A DNA stretch of 63,096 nt, filler included, from Octopus bimaculoides (taxonomy: Eukaryota): NCBI RefSeq assembly GCF_001194135.2. It is 5 parts of 4 records of this genome, joined end to end, with 100 filler letters (N's around TTAATTAATTAA, not from the genome) between each part and the next. Parts side by side here need not be neighbours in the genome. Positions count along the whole stretch, not along the records: positions 24,059 to 41,649 come from NC_069001.1; 4 more parts are not named here. One strand, written 5' to 3'. Position 1 is the first letter of the stretch. Each line of letters starts with the position of its first letter. A program made the translations under genes and the position numbers. Under the pieces are notes generated by a model, which searched no databases, was not told the origin of the DNA, and worked only from the letters and a program-made list of their open reading frames with translations. Below are positions 25,340 to 38,801 of this stretch, piece by piece.

Positions 25340-25555
25340 TGTTGCCAGTACCGTGTGACTGGCCCTCGTACCGGTGGCACGTAAAAGCACCCACTACACT
25401 CTCAGAGTGGTTGGCGTTAGGAAGGGCATCCAGCTGTAGAAATTCTGCCAGATCAGATTGGAGCCTGGTACGGCCTTCTGGCTTGCCAGTCCTCAATCAA
25501 ATCGTCCAACCCATGCTAGCATGGAAAGCGGACGTTAAACGATGATGATGATGAT
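25340..25555 (+). mobile_element. Interspersed retro-repeat 3' end with (GAT)n tail, young copy
   Basis: GGTGGCACGTAAAAGCACCCACTACACTCTCAGAGTGGTTGGCGTTAGGAAGGGCATCC..GCGGACGTTAAACGATGATGATG; near-identical reverse copy at 57855-58088. Confidence 0.9.
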
Positions 25556-26275
25556 TATTATTATCATAGCAACAACAGCAACGACAATACTAATAATAAT
25601 GGTTTCAAATTTTGGCATGATACCAGTAATATTTTAGGGAGGAGATACGTCAGTTACATGAACTCCAGTGCTGGAATGGTACTTGGTTTATTATCCCCAA
25701 AAGGATCATGTAATGCAAGGTGGACCTCATTGAAAAGAGCTGAAGAAATGCTGCTAAGCATTTTGTCTGCCATGCTAATAAATCTGCTAGCTTACCATCT
25801 TAACAATAATTCTTTCTAATTTCGGTACAAGACAAGGATTTTCAAAGGAAATGGGAAGATAAGTGCATTGACTCCCATGCTTGAGTGGTGCTTCATTTTA
25901 TTAACTCTGAAGCGATGAGAGGCAAAGTCAAATAAAGATGGACTCTCCTTTCATAAGTGACCTATGAGCATTCAGTGTTTGCCGAATGACCTGCACAAAT
26001 GATTTGTTTATAGGGATCAAATGTATGTGTTGTGCATTAGCTCGCTTCCTTCCATCAAATCAACGATACCTGAACAGGTGCACTGTGTACCACAAATCAG
26101 GTGTCATAGGGATTGCAGAGCAACGTGGATGAAAGGTAAAGCAGACTTTGGCAGAATTTGAACTCAGAACATAAAGACAGACGAAATATGTCGCTAAGCA
26201 TTTTGCTTGGCTGCTACCTTTTTTGCCTGGCAGCTTGCCACCTTAATAATAATAATAATAATAATAATAATCATC

Positions 26276-26306
<31 letters not shown>

Positions 26307-26551
26307 TAATAAAGACATTTTACCTGAGATTTAAAGAAAGTGGCAAGATGCTGTTATAGAAACCAAACATGAAAAATTGGAAAAATAGATGTTAAATCGA
26401 TATGACTTGTGGTGATGATGTTGAAGTTGATGATGATGGTGGTGATGATGATGATGATGATGATGTAATATATTACACTGATCTTTATACTATCAACTAT
26501 AACATACACAACGGTCCTCACACAACTCATTTACATACATACACGCACGCA

Positions 26552-26608
<57 letters not shown>

Positions 26609-26830
26609 TATAAATACATGTGTGTGTATATGTTTATGTATATATATTTATATATGTGTGTGTATGTTTGTATATGTATGTGTATATATTATATATATAT
26701 TATAACATTATAAAATAACTCAAAATTGCTTTTTGTTTATTTTCGAATTTTTTTTTTTTCACAGTTTGCAATTCTGTTGCCTATCTTACCATGTTTAGCT
26801 TTCACCAAATCCTCATCATCATCATCATCA

Positions 26831-26896
<66 letters not shown>

Positions 26897-28340
26897 TGAC
26901 ACATGGAATTTGTCAAAACTGAAATATATTCATATCTGCAATTGATTTCGACAGCAACGATAAAATGTTGCCTGCAACTGGATAAGTATATCTATCTATC
27001 TATANNNNNNNNNNNNNNNNNNNNNNNNNNNNNNNNNNNNNNNNNNNNNNNNNNNNNNNNNNNNNNNNNNNNNNNNNNNNNNNNNNNNNNNNNNNNNNNN
27101 NNNNNNNNNNNNNNNNNNNNNNNNNNNNNNNNNNNNNNNNNNNNNNNNNNNNNNNNNNNNNNNNNNNNNNNNNNNNNNNNNNNNNNNNNNNNNNNNNNNN
27201 NNNNNNNNNNNNNNNNNNNNNNNNNNNNNNNNNNNNNNNNNNNNNNNNNNNNNNNNNNNNNNNNNNNNNNNNNNNNNNNNNNNNNNNNNNNNNNNNNNNN
27301 NNNNNNNNNNNNNNNNNNNNNNNNNNNNNNNNNNNNNNNNNNNNNTACAATAAAAAAAAACAAGCAAAAGAAAATAAAGAAAATAAATCAATAAATAAGA
27401 GAAAAAATATGTAACAAACCAAGAAACTTAATGTTTCATATGAATAAATTTGAAATATCCACATTGCTTTCACTTTCAGTTTTGTTACCAGCCTTCACAT
27501 ACACATACTGAAAATGTCTGTTCTCATCCTTGATTTATTGTCAGTGTTTCAATATGAAAGAAGCATATCTTGTTTAAATCAAATGATTATTATTACTTGC
27601 CATATTGTTGAAATCCTACGAATCTATTATAGGTGTTGATGCGTATAAATGTCTATATTCGTACACACATACATGTACATACAAAAATATCTATATCTTC
27701 CTACCTACACACACACACATTTACATATACATTAATGTAAATATCATCATCATCATCTTTATCATCATCGTCATCAAGTTCACCTTTCCATGTTTGCATG
27801 GATCAGCTGAAATTCATTGGGGCAGATTTTGCTGTTATTGGATGCCCTTCCTATCGCCATGCCTCACCTGTTTCCAAGCAATGTAATACGTCCCCATGTT
27901 TAGAAATGCTTTCATAGTTCCTGATTTAGAGTTGTTACTGGTTAATGCAGAATATGGAATTTTTCAGCCCAGCATAGTCTACAATCCTGTGTACTGTCAT
28001 TAACATTATCAAAGATGTTCCATGTTATCTGGAGGGCAAGACAGTCCCTGGTCTTTGAATTTCACATCAAATTTTACTATTTGTATCATTAACATTAATT
28101 AGTTGGTAGAAAGTGATCATTCTTTAATTGGAAGTAACCAAAATATGTAGACAGGACCTATTCTTCTAATATGTAGAAACCATTCTTTGATATGTAGAAA
28201 CCATTCTTGAGTGACTATTTGGTCACTGCAAGAAATTCAAGTTCCAACTCCATCAATTAAAACAGGTCTGTACTTTATTTCTACGTTCGTACTTTTATTA
28301 TTGCTCTCTATCTTTCTCTCCCTCTCTCCAACTATGCGTG

Positions 28341-28381
<41 letters not shown>

Positions 28382-29504
28382 ACTTTTGTTTCCACTTAGT
28401 AAAAAGTAAACATGGAAAAATTATGGTCCAATGTTAATTACTTCTGTAATTAAGAACTGAAACATTTCTCCAAGACAGTTTAATTCCATTTTTCTTTTTC
28501 TTTTCTGCTTTGGTTTTGTAGAATTTAGAAGAGAGCTTTTATTGACTATATATTGTTTTCCATTGCATACCTTTCTGCTGCTTCTGCTACTGCTGCTATT
28601 ATTATTATTATTATTNNNNNNNNNNNNNNNNNNNNNNNNNNNNNNNNNNNNNNNNNNNNNNNNNNNNNNNNNNNNNNNNNNNNNNNNNNNNNNNNNNNNN
28701 NNNNNNNNNNNNNNNNNNNNNNNNNNNNNNNNNNNNNNNNNNNNNNNNNNNNNNNNNNNNNNNNNNNNNNNNNNNNNNNNNNNNNNNNNNNNNNNNNNNN
28801 NNNNNNNNNNNTGACAACTGATGCCGGTGTGTTTATGTCCCCTGTAACTTAGCGGTTCGGCAAAAGAGACTGACAGAATAAGTACTAGGCTTACAAAGAA
28901 TAAGTCCTGGTGTCAATTTGCTCGACTAAAGGCGGTGCTCCAGCATGGCTGCAGTCAAATGACTGAAGCAAGTAAAAGAATAAAAGAGTAGTAGTAGCAG
29001 TGGTAGTGGTAGTAGTAGTAGTGGTCTTAGTAGTAGTAGTAGAGTAGTTCCTGTATTTTTTTTTTTCTTCTTTTCTTTTGTAACATTTATTTTCGTTCCA
29101 CTTAGTATGTCTGTAAATTTTCATCACTGAAATTTCCCATTTTTATTACATTGTTTAAAGTTTGAAATTTTTTGCTGATGGTTTAGCTTTATATATATAT
29201 ATATTTTTGTTTTTATGTAAATACATACATGTGTATATGTCAATGTGTGCACATGTGCATGTGTGTGTGTGTGAATATACGTACACACACAAAAATTTTT
29301 TTGTTTTCTTTCTCCATTCTTTAGATTTCTTTTTTTCTTTTTTTTTTTTTACTTAGCTCTTTCATTCTTTCATTTCGTTTCAAGAATTTATTGTTGTGAG
29401 GATGATTTTTATCTCCTATCCAATTCAAAAAGAATTTATTGACTGAAAGGGACTTTTATTTAAATTCATCATAGTTGCTGTCGCCATTATTATCATTATT
29501 ATCA

Positions 29505-29536
<32 letters not shown>

Positions 29537-30467
29537 GTTATTATTATTACTGTGGTCTTTGAAATTTCAATTGAATTTTAAGGCTTTGTGAAAAACGGAA
29601 AAAAGTGGATCAACGCAGAAAAAAAAAATTTCTGGCTAATTTTATATGAGCTTGTCAAGTAGTAGTTTTATCGGCCAAGTACTTTCGAACGTGCTGCTTT
29701 TAGCACCTTTATGTAAAAGCCCTCTATCATCTTGTTCTATAGCAATCATGACATGAATTCTTCACTTCAAAATCTGATAGATTTACTTTCCGTTTGTTTT
29801 TTTGTTTTTTTTTTGTTTTTCCTTTATTCTTTTTATTTATTTTTTTTTTTACATTTGTTTTCCACATTTATTCAATGATTTATAAAAATTTACGTTTGCA
29901 AACTATACAGAAAACCAAAAAAAGAAACATAACAAAGATTTCAAATATTTTTTTTTTCTTTTTTAAACATTTAAAATACTTTTAAATATTGGAAAATTTA
30001 AAACAAGTAAAACATAACTTAAAAACTTATTCCTAATTTTCATTTTGTTTTATGTATATATGTATACACGTATATACATATATACATATAAATATGTATA
30101 AACACACAAATGTTTATATGTGTATTTGCATCTTTATATATATATGTGTGTATCTATCTGTTTATCTATCTCTCAATGCATACATATATTTATGCATATT
30201 TATTTACCTAAATATATACATATATGTTTGTACATGTGTGTATATATACATACGTATTTGTGTGTGTGTATGTATATATATATATATATATAAACTCTAC
30301 ATTGTCTTTTCCTGTTGTCTCTTCTTTCTTTAAATCTATATGTGTTGTCCTTTGATCGCTCATACAGATATTGAGATTATTATTTCTTCTGTAAACATTT
30401 ATCCAGAAGTACCATGATTTTAGCTGCTATTGGAATGGCAGATAGCAGCATTAAAAAATTGTATATT

Positions 30468-30505
<38 letters not shown>

Positions 30506-30891
30506 TGTTTTAATATTTTGTATTGTTACACTTGCTTTTCTAAAATGTAGCAAAGAAAATGATCAGCTACTTTAAAATCTCAGCTCAGAAATAATCACAA
30601 AAAAAAACAGTTGATATTTGTGATTTTTGTTTTAATAGTGCATATAAGGGGAGGGATGAGGTAGGTAGTGATTGTAATTTTTCACTTATTTATTTATTTA
30701 TTTATCTATTTATTTATCTATTTATTCAGGGATTATGATATAAAATACAGCTTGCTACATATGTATGTCATTAGATGTTTCTTCATTCTAAGCATACATA
30801 TGTTAATATCTATTTGTCTGTCAGCCTGTCTGTTTGTCTATATTACTTTGCTTAAGGTTTGCCTTACGAATAATTGTTAGAACTCAATATA

Positions 30892-31150
30892 TGAGGGAAA
30901 GTCAAAAATTATCCGTGCTTTTGCCATACCATATCTTTATTATTATCCCACTGCCTTCTACAGAGGCATGCTCATAGTTGATACTATTGTGGTCATGTGA
31001 TCGAAGTTTGAGCCTGATCACACCATTTTTCTTTCTGGTTTTACAATATAAGCATGGCTGCCCCACTCACAGTGTACCCCAAAGAAGAACAAAGAGCAGT
31101 GATCCGATTTCTCTGGAAAAAGGGTGGACACTCGACAGTGAAAGATATAG
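30892..31150 (+). mobile_element. Mariner 5' fragment (TIR plus transposase start)
   Basis: TA|TGAGGGAAAGTCAAAAATTATCCG TIR-like start; ATG at 31054 gives MAAPLTVYPKEEQRAVIRFLW, a mariner N-terminal motif. Confidence 0.7.
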
Positions 31151-31485
31151 TGTTTTGCTGGTGAGAAAACTGAAGCTGGCAACGTACATATGTGATTATA
31201 AAGATATAGCTATAGTTAAGGGCTACTGGAAATGACCAGTGCCATTGCTAGAAATAGGTGTCAAATACCTACAATCCACTCTATAATTCATTCTCCATAT
31301 TCAACCACAGGTACAAATATGAGGGAATGAACAAGAAAATACAAAATAGTTTGGTTAAGTCTATACCTTGAGATCTCATGCTCTGCGAAAAATTGCTTTG
31401 CAATCTTCAGTAGAATAAACCAATATATATATTTATATATATATGTATATGTATATAGAGTTATTTATATATAAAAATATATGTA

Positions 31486-31529
<44 letters not shown>

Positions 31530-32484
31530 CATGTGTGTGTGTAAATATATAAAATTGCAACCATTATTTACACTAATAGCCTATTCCTGAATACATATAT
31601 ATATACATACATTTCTATGTCTATGCATACATATATGTTTGAATCCACACAAATATCAAAATATCGCACATACATCTATGTAACAACATAAGAGTCGAGT
31701 CAAAAGTCATTTGTTCAGAACGTTTTTTTTTTTCCTCCAGATTCCTGATAGATTGCTGATGTTATCATTGCAGACAGAAAATAAACTTTAACCCATTGCT
31801 AAAACTGATCTTTAAATTTCTGCAGCATCTGTCCAATTAAATTACTACGTACACACACACACACACATGCACATATATATNNNNNNNNNNNNNNNNNNNN
31901 NNNNNNNNNNNNNNNNNNNNNNNNNNNNNNNNNNNNNNNNNNNNNNNNNNNNNNNNNNNNNNNNNNNNNNNNNNNNNNNNNNNNNNNNNNNNNNNNNNNN
32001 NNNNNNNNNNNNNNNNNNNNNNNNNNNNNNNNNNNNNNNNNNNNNNNNNNNNNNNNNNNNNNNNNNNNNNNNNNNNNNNNNNNNNNNNNNNNNNNNNNNN
32101 NNNNNNNNNNNNNNNNNNNNNNNNNNNNNNNNNNNNNNNNNNNNNNNNNNNNNNNNNNNNNNNNNNNNNNNNNNNNNNNNNNNNNNNNNNNNNNNNNNNN
32201 NNNNNNNNNNNNNNNNNNNNNNNNNNNNNNNNNNNNNNNNNNNNNNNNNNNNNNNNNNNNNNNNNNNNNNNNNNNNNNNNNNNNNNNNNNNNNNNNNNNN
32301 NNNNNNNNNNNNNNNNNNNNNNNNNNNNNNNNNNNNNNNNNNNNNNNNNNNNNNNNNNNNNNNNNNNNNNNNNNNNNNNNNNNNNNNNNNNNNNNNNNNN
32401 NNNNNNNNNNNNNNNNNNNNNNNNNNNNNNNNNNNNNNNNNNNNNNNNNNNNNNNNNNNNNNNNNNNNNNNNNNNNNNNNNNNN

Positions 32485-32535
<51 letters not shown>

Positions 32536-33044
32536 TGTATATGATGATGATGATGATGATGATATATATATACATAAAAAGTCTATATAATTCATATATG
32601 TAGTTTAAGTGTATAACAATGTCGTACAAGACAACTCAGTCCACCTGCTAATGTACATATTCATATATACATAATCATATAGATAAATTATGTAGACATT
32701 TATGTACCAGTATGTAAATATACACAATCAAATATACAGGAATGTATATACATGTGTATATACATATATATATACATAGCTATCTATCAACTGAAATATA
32801 TATGTATATACATGTGTGTGTGTAAGCAAGCACACAAACGTTTATGCATGTATGTGTATATATATGTATGCATGTGTGTATACTTTTGTGTGTATGTATG
32901 GAATATAATTTGTTTAGATCTAAAAACACATACATGTAGGTATCAGGTTAAAACATAAACTTACCACTAAATATATAAATAAATTTTAAAGATGATTTAA
33001 TAATTTCAAAACGAGCCATTTCATAAAAATCACAAAACAACATA

Positions 33045-33090
<46 letters not shown>

Positions 33091-33404
33091 TTGTGTAGAT
33101 ACTTAGATATTCATCATGCACTTGGACAATTTTATTCCAAAATCTCAGACATTCTTAAATAGAAACCAAAATGTTTTTCTAATTCAACTGACATCTTGTC
33201 TTTGGAGACATCAAATGAAGAAATACTCATGTCTCTATTTATCTTTATCTTTCATCTCTTCCTGTCATTGGGTGCAGCCATGCTGGAGCACTGTCTCAAA
33301 TGGTTATAGTTGTACGAACTGACCTCTGGTACTTAATTGATTTTCAACTCTCATACTTATTCTATCAGTCTTTTTAGCTGAAACGCTAATTTAAGGGGAT
33401 AGCA

Positions 33405-33745
33405 TGACCTTCGAACATTGAGCCTCACAGAGACAATGACGAAAGACTGAGACCTCTGGGGATATGCTGTGACTGCAAAGACCCAGCAAACAAAGTGGGT
33501 TCACGGCTGTATCCTACGCCAGTTTTTGCATAACCAGCTCCAGCCCATTCAAAAGTACCTTGGATCGTAGGGTGACCTGCTGTGCTTGAGGAGACCTATT
33601 GAGTCAAGTACATCAACATCAAAACGAAAATCAAATGGAAATTGTAGTTGTGATCCCCGTGCCAGTGGCACATAAAAAGCACCATCCGAACATGGCCGAT
33701 GACAGCGCCACCTTGACTGGCTTCCGTGCCGGTAGCACGTAAAAA
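33405..33745 (+). mobile_element. Internal portion of the (GAT)n-tailed retro-repeat family
   Basis: GTGCCAGTGGCACATAAAAAGCACCATCC..CTTCCGTGCCGGTAGCACGTAAAAAG matches the motif that begins the 25340-25555 copy. Confidence 0.65.
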
Positions 33746-33769
33746 GATGCTGTACTGTGGGACGAAACT

Positions 33770-34315
33770 GGAAACACTATGGTTGCAAAGCATGCTTATT
33801 AATCATACAGTGAAGTCTGCAAATGCAATGGGCTTTACACAGTTTCCATCTATCATGTTCATTCAAATAGCATTGGTTTACCAGAGGCTAGAATAAAAGA
33901 CACTTAACCAAGATGCCAGATTGTAGGATTGAACTGGAAACACTAGTTGTAAAGCAAGCTCATTAACCACATAGCCAAGCCTGTATGCACAATAGGCTTC
34001 ATGCAGTTTCCATCTACATTGTTCATTCAAATAGCATTGGTTTATCTGAAGTTATAGTGAACAACACTTGCCCAATGGACTGGACAGTGGGACCGAACCC
34101 AAAGCCTTATGGTTGCAAAAAAAACGTCTTAAACCTCACAGCCAATCCTAAACACACAACTGGCTTCTACACAATGTCAACCCTCCAACTTCCCTCACAA
34201 GGCATTGGTTGGCCTAGGGCTATATTAAAAGACATTCACCCAAGAAGCCACAATATGGGATTGAACCCACATCAACATAGTCGCAAAGTCAGCTCCTTAA
34301 CCACACAGCCATCCC
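33770..34315 (-). repeat. Tandem array of ~164-bp SINE family A head units
   Basis: AGTTTCCATCTA..GTTCATTCAAATAGCATTGGTTT at 33841 and 34005; a third, more diverged unit runs to 34315. Each unit ends in TTAACCAC..AGCC, the reverse complement of the SINE head. Confidence 0.7.
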
Positions 34316-34692
34316 CAATTTTTATCCATATTTCCTATTTTATTTATTTATTTATATTTTTTTTCATGATTGTCTTCTGCAATTTTATTTTCCTTCCTTG
34401 GAATTTGTCAAGCCTTACTCAGGTCGTTTTTTTTTCTTTTCTTTTCTTTTCAATATAACGACTGTTTCTTTTCAACACATTTGAAGAAAGTTTCGGTTCT
34501 TCTGTGACAGGCTTCCTGTCAGAATATACCAGCTTTTTAGTTTTTGTGTCAAAATTCAGACGTCTTTTAATTTTTATATTTTTTTAAAAATATCTTTTCT
34601 TGTCTGCTTTTAGTTTTACTTTTGTTTCTGCCTACATTTATGTATGTGATATGTGATAAATGTATGTTTATGTCTGTGTGTGTGTGTATACA

Positions 34693-34767
<75 letters not shown>

Positions 34768-34919
34768 TATATATGTATGTGTGTATGTACGTGTGTGTAT
34801 ATATATATATCTGGGGATGCGTGTATGGTTAAAGTTATTCAGTTTTTTGTCTAATATATTTCATCACCAAACTCCAAACTTAATAAATTCTTTATTTACA
34901 CTTTCCTCTCATCATTTTC

Positions 34920-34963
<44 letters not shown>

Positions 34964-35025
34964 TATGCACATATAATTATATATTACTTATATATGTGTA
35001 TAAAATATACATATAAGAAATATAT

Positions 35026-35068
<43 letters not shown>

Positions 35069-36059
35069 CATACATACATATAAATATTGCATATAATATT
35101 TCTCTGTGAAAAATTGCATAATATATATAGATACACACACATATATGTTATACACATAAATATAATATATAATTCATGTATTATATATATATATATATAT
35201 ACATAAAATATATATAATATGATATAATATATATTCCATAGGTGTGTGTGTTTGTGTCTGTCTGTTTCCCTCTCACTCACTCTCTCTCTCTCTCTCTCTC
35301 TCTTTCTGTTTGGAATTGTCAAGGAGAGACCAGATTATAATATTGTTCCCATGTTATTTCAGTGGAACCACTTTTTAAGGAGACTCAGCTGTCATCTCCA
35401 TCAGACAGTTCCTTCCTTCCTTCCTTCCGTCCCTCCCTTCTCTTTGCCACGTTATGTTGACAGTTGTAAACAATCCCTGACTCACTTGTCTCCACACATT
35501 GAATTCTCACATATGTATTTATGATGGCTTCTCTCACTGCTCGCCTCTTCTGTTAAGACGGAGCCCTTATACGGTTAATCAGCCTGCTTGAAATAACAAC
35601 TAAATGCACCCTCCAAAAATTACGCATCCCTCCTCCTCCTCCTCCTCATCATCATCATCTTCGTTATCGTTGATTTAACATACACTTCTCTATGTTTGCA
35701 TGAGTGATTCAGAAGTCATCGAAGTAAATTTTTTTCATGGCTGGATGCCCTTCATGTTACCGACCCACACCCCATTTTCAAGCAAGGTAATGTTTCTCCA
35801 TGGCCTTGGGGTAGCAGGCTGGCAGAATCGTTAGCACACTGGGTGAAATGGTTAGCTGCATTCCTTCAGTCTTTATATTCTGTGTTCAAATGCTGCCGAG
35901 GTCAACTTTGCTTTTCATCCTTTCGGGGTTGATAAAAAAGTATCAGTTGAGAACTGGGGGCGATAAGTGTGTGAATTTGAGAGGGGAATATGTTGAATGA
36001 AATCATAATTAACTGATTTTCTTGTATTTTCTTTTATCCAAAATTAGGAACATTTCAGG

Positions 36060-36400
36060 ACCCCTTGTAAAGGGTCAAAACCCGTTTTGGTCATGAAGGA
36101 TCTTGGGATTGCACCTAGAAAATTCCCCTCCAAGGTATGGTTGTTTATGGAAGACCAGCAGTTGCCCATGTATACCAGCCTCCTCTCTCCATGCCATTGA
36201 TGCTATCCAAGGGAAAAGCAAAGGCCGATACAGCTTGGCACTAGTGACATTGCAACTCATTTCTACAGTTGAGTGAACTGGAGCAATGTAAAATAAAGTG
36301 TCTTGCTCAAGAACATAACACACAGCCCAGTCCAGGAATCAAACTCACTACTTCATGATTGTAAGCTCGATGCTTTAACCACTGAGCCATGCCCCTTCAC
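36060..36400 (-). mobile_element. tRNA-derived SINE
   Basis: GTGTCTTGCTCAAGAACA..GGAATCAAACTC..TAACCACTGAGCCATGC is the reverse complement of a tRNA-like head with A/B boxes. Confidence 0.8.
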
Positions 36401-37480
36401 AGCACCCTTCGTAAACTTTCACAAAGCCATATTTATATTTACAATGCAGCGCTGTATTTTAATAGAATGGATTCAAACTCTCCATGCTTATTACCATTTG
36501 TCATGTCTTAATGCTCTAACCACTTTTCCATCACTGTCCACCAATGTTGTAGCAGACAGATACACAATGTTGACAGTTGAATAAATTTCAGTTTTTAAAA
36601 ATGAATAAGAATAAACTATTGTGAGGAGTTTTATTCACTCTAGATTTTGTTCTCTTGCAATAATAAGATGGAGAGGGTGTTAGCAATTTGACTGGCAAAA
36701 TCAATTTAAAACTGATCAAATGATCAATTACAAAAAATTTTCTCTTTGTATAAATAATAATCATCATTTGTCATATATCTATCTATCTATCTATCTATNN
36801 NNNNNNNNNNNNNNNNNNNNNNNNNNNNNNNNNNNNNNNNNNNNNNNNNNNNNNNNNNNNNNNNNNNNNNNNNNNNNNNNNNNNNNNNNNNNNNNNNNNN
36901 NNNNNNNNNNNNNNNNNNNNNNNNNNNNNNNNNNNNNNNNNNNNNNNNNNNNNNNNNNNNNNNNNNNNNNNNNNNNNNNNNNNNNNNNNNNNNNNNNNNN
37001 NNNNNNNNNNNNNNNNNNNNNNNNNNNNNNNNNNNNNNNNNNNNNNNNNNNNNNNNNNNNNNNNNNNNNNNNNNNNNNNNNNNNNNNNNNNNNNNNNNNN
37101 NNNNNNNNNNNNNNNNNNNNNNNNNNNNNNNNNNNNNNNNNNNNNNNNNNNNNNNNNNNNNNNNNNNNNNNNNNNNNNNNNNNNNNNNNNNNNNNNNNNN
37201 NNNNNNNNNNNNNNNNNNNNNNNNNNNNNNNNNNNNTATATTGTTTTAATTTCTTTTATTTTTCCTTAATCAAGTTTTTCCGAAACAAAATTTAAAAGAC
37301 AATGAAATTAATCAAGGCCGCACAATTTTAATAGCTTGTTAAAATGTTCATTGCGAAGATGTTGAAGGATAGAATTTTAGTGTAGCTAATAAAAAAAATC
37401 TATAGTTTTTAGTGTGTTTCTGTTTAATGTTGTGTGAAAGATTGATTGTTTTTGCAGTGTAGTGGGACATCACAGTAGTT

Positions 37481-37519
<39 letters not shown>

Positions 37520-38411
37520 AAATTTATGTATTCATTTTGTTGAGACTTGTTGAAGTTTGATTTGTAATGCTAATGAAAGGAGCAACTGAGACAGACTTGC
37601 GAATGCATGTCAACTTTTCTCTGTCTTGAGTCAAAATATGGCATCTCCCCTGAGTGACTATGGTTTATATGTATTTCGAAAACTCGAGTTAATCATCACC
37701 ATCAACATCATCACAGTAGGTCTAATGTAAAAGTGTAGAGACTAATTACCAGGCCATAACAATGTCACTATGTTTGTATCTGTGAGTTTACTAATGCATA
37801 ATAATAACCTCAAATGGGTAAAAAGATCGTTTTGCAACTCTGAGGTATTGAGTTTGATCTCACTGTTTGGTTTCTTAAACGAGTTTTATTCTAATTTCAG
37901 GTTGATTCCAAATTTGTAAGTAAAACTGGGTTGACAGGGATCATGGGGACGCTCATCCCATCGGCTGGTCATTATTGGTCTCTGGTTATGCACTAAGCAC
38001 TGCCTTCACTGATTTCATTGGTACTGGTCATCTTTTATCTTTGATCTTTCACTAGATTCAGCGAAAGGCTGGGACCATGCTGGAGCACCCCCTTTCAGAT
38101 GTGAGATGCTTACAGCACCTAGGTTTCCCAAGCTCAAACATTTTCATTCCCTTTAAACTTTGATACCGTTTTTTTTCTTGAATGATGCCAATAATAAACC
38201 TTTTGATACCATTCAAACCTTGATATCATTTTTCTTGAATTGGTATAATGATAAAAAATTTTCACACCCTTCAAACTTTGATACCCCCTTAAATGGTATC
38301 ATTATCAAATAATTCAATATAATTCATACTTTGACACCATTCTTCTTGAAGAATACAAAAATTGTTACCAGTTGTGTTGAATACACTCTCTATATTATAA
38401 ATCTAACCGTG

Positions 38412-38801
38412 CAGGAGTGGCTGTGTGGTAAGTAGCTTGCTTACCAACCACATGGTTCCGGGTTCAGTCCCACTGCGTGGCACCTTGGGCATGTGTCTTC
38501 TACTATAGCCTCGGGCTGACCAAAGCCTTGTGAGTGGATTTGGTAGACGGAAACTGAAAGAAGCCCGTCGTATATATGTATATATATATGTGTGTGTGTG
38601 TGTCTGTGTTTGTCCCCCCACCATCGCTTGACAACCGATGCTGGTGTGTTTACGTCCCCGTTAGCTAGCGGTTCAGCAAAAAGAGACCGATAGAATAAGT
38701 ACTAGGCTTACAAAGAATAAGTCCTGGGGTCGATTTGATTTGACTAAAGGCGGTGCTCCAGCATGGCCGCAGTCAAATGACTGAAACCAGTAAAAGAGTA
38801 A
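38412..38801 (+). mobile_element. Full-length, young tRNA-derived SINE (family A)
   Basis: GGAGTGGCTGTGTGGTAAG..GGTTCCGGGTTCAGTCCC head, internal (TA)(TG)n and complete tail ..GTAAAAGAGTAA. Confidence 0.92.
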
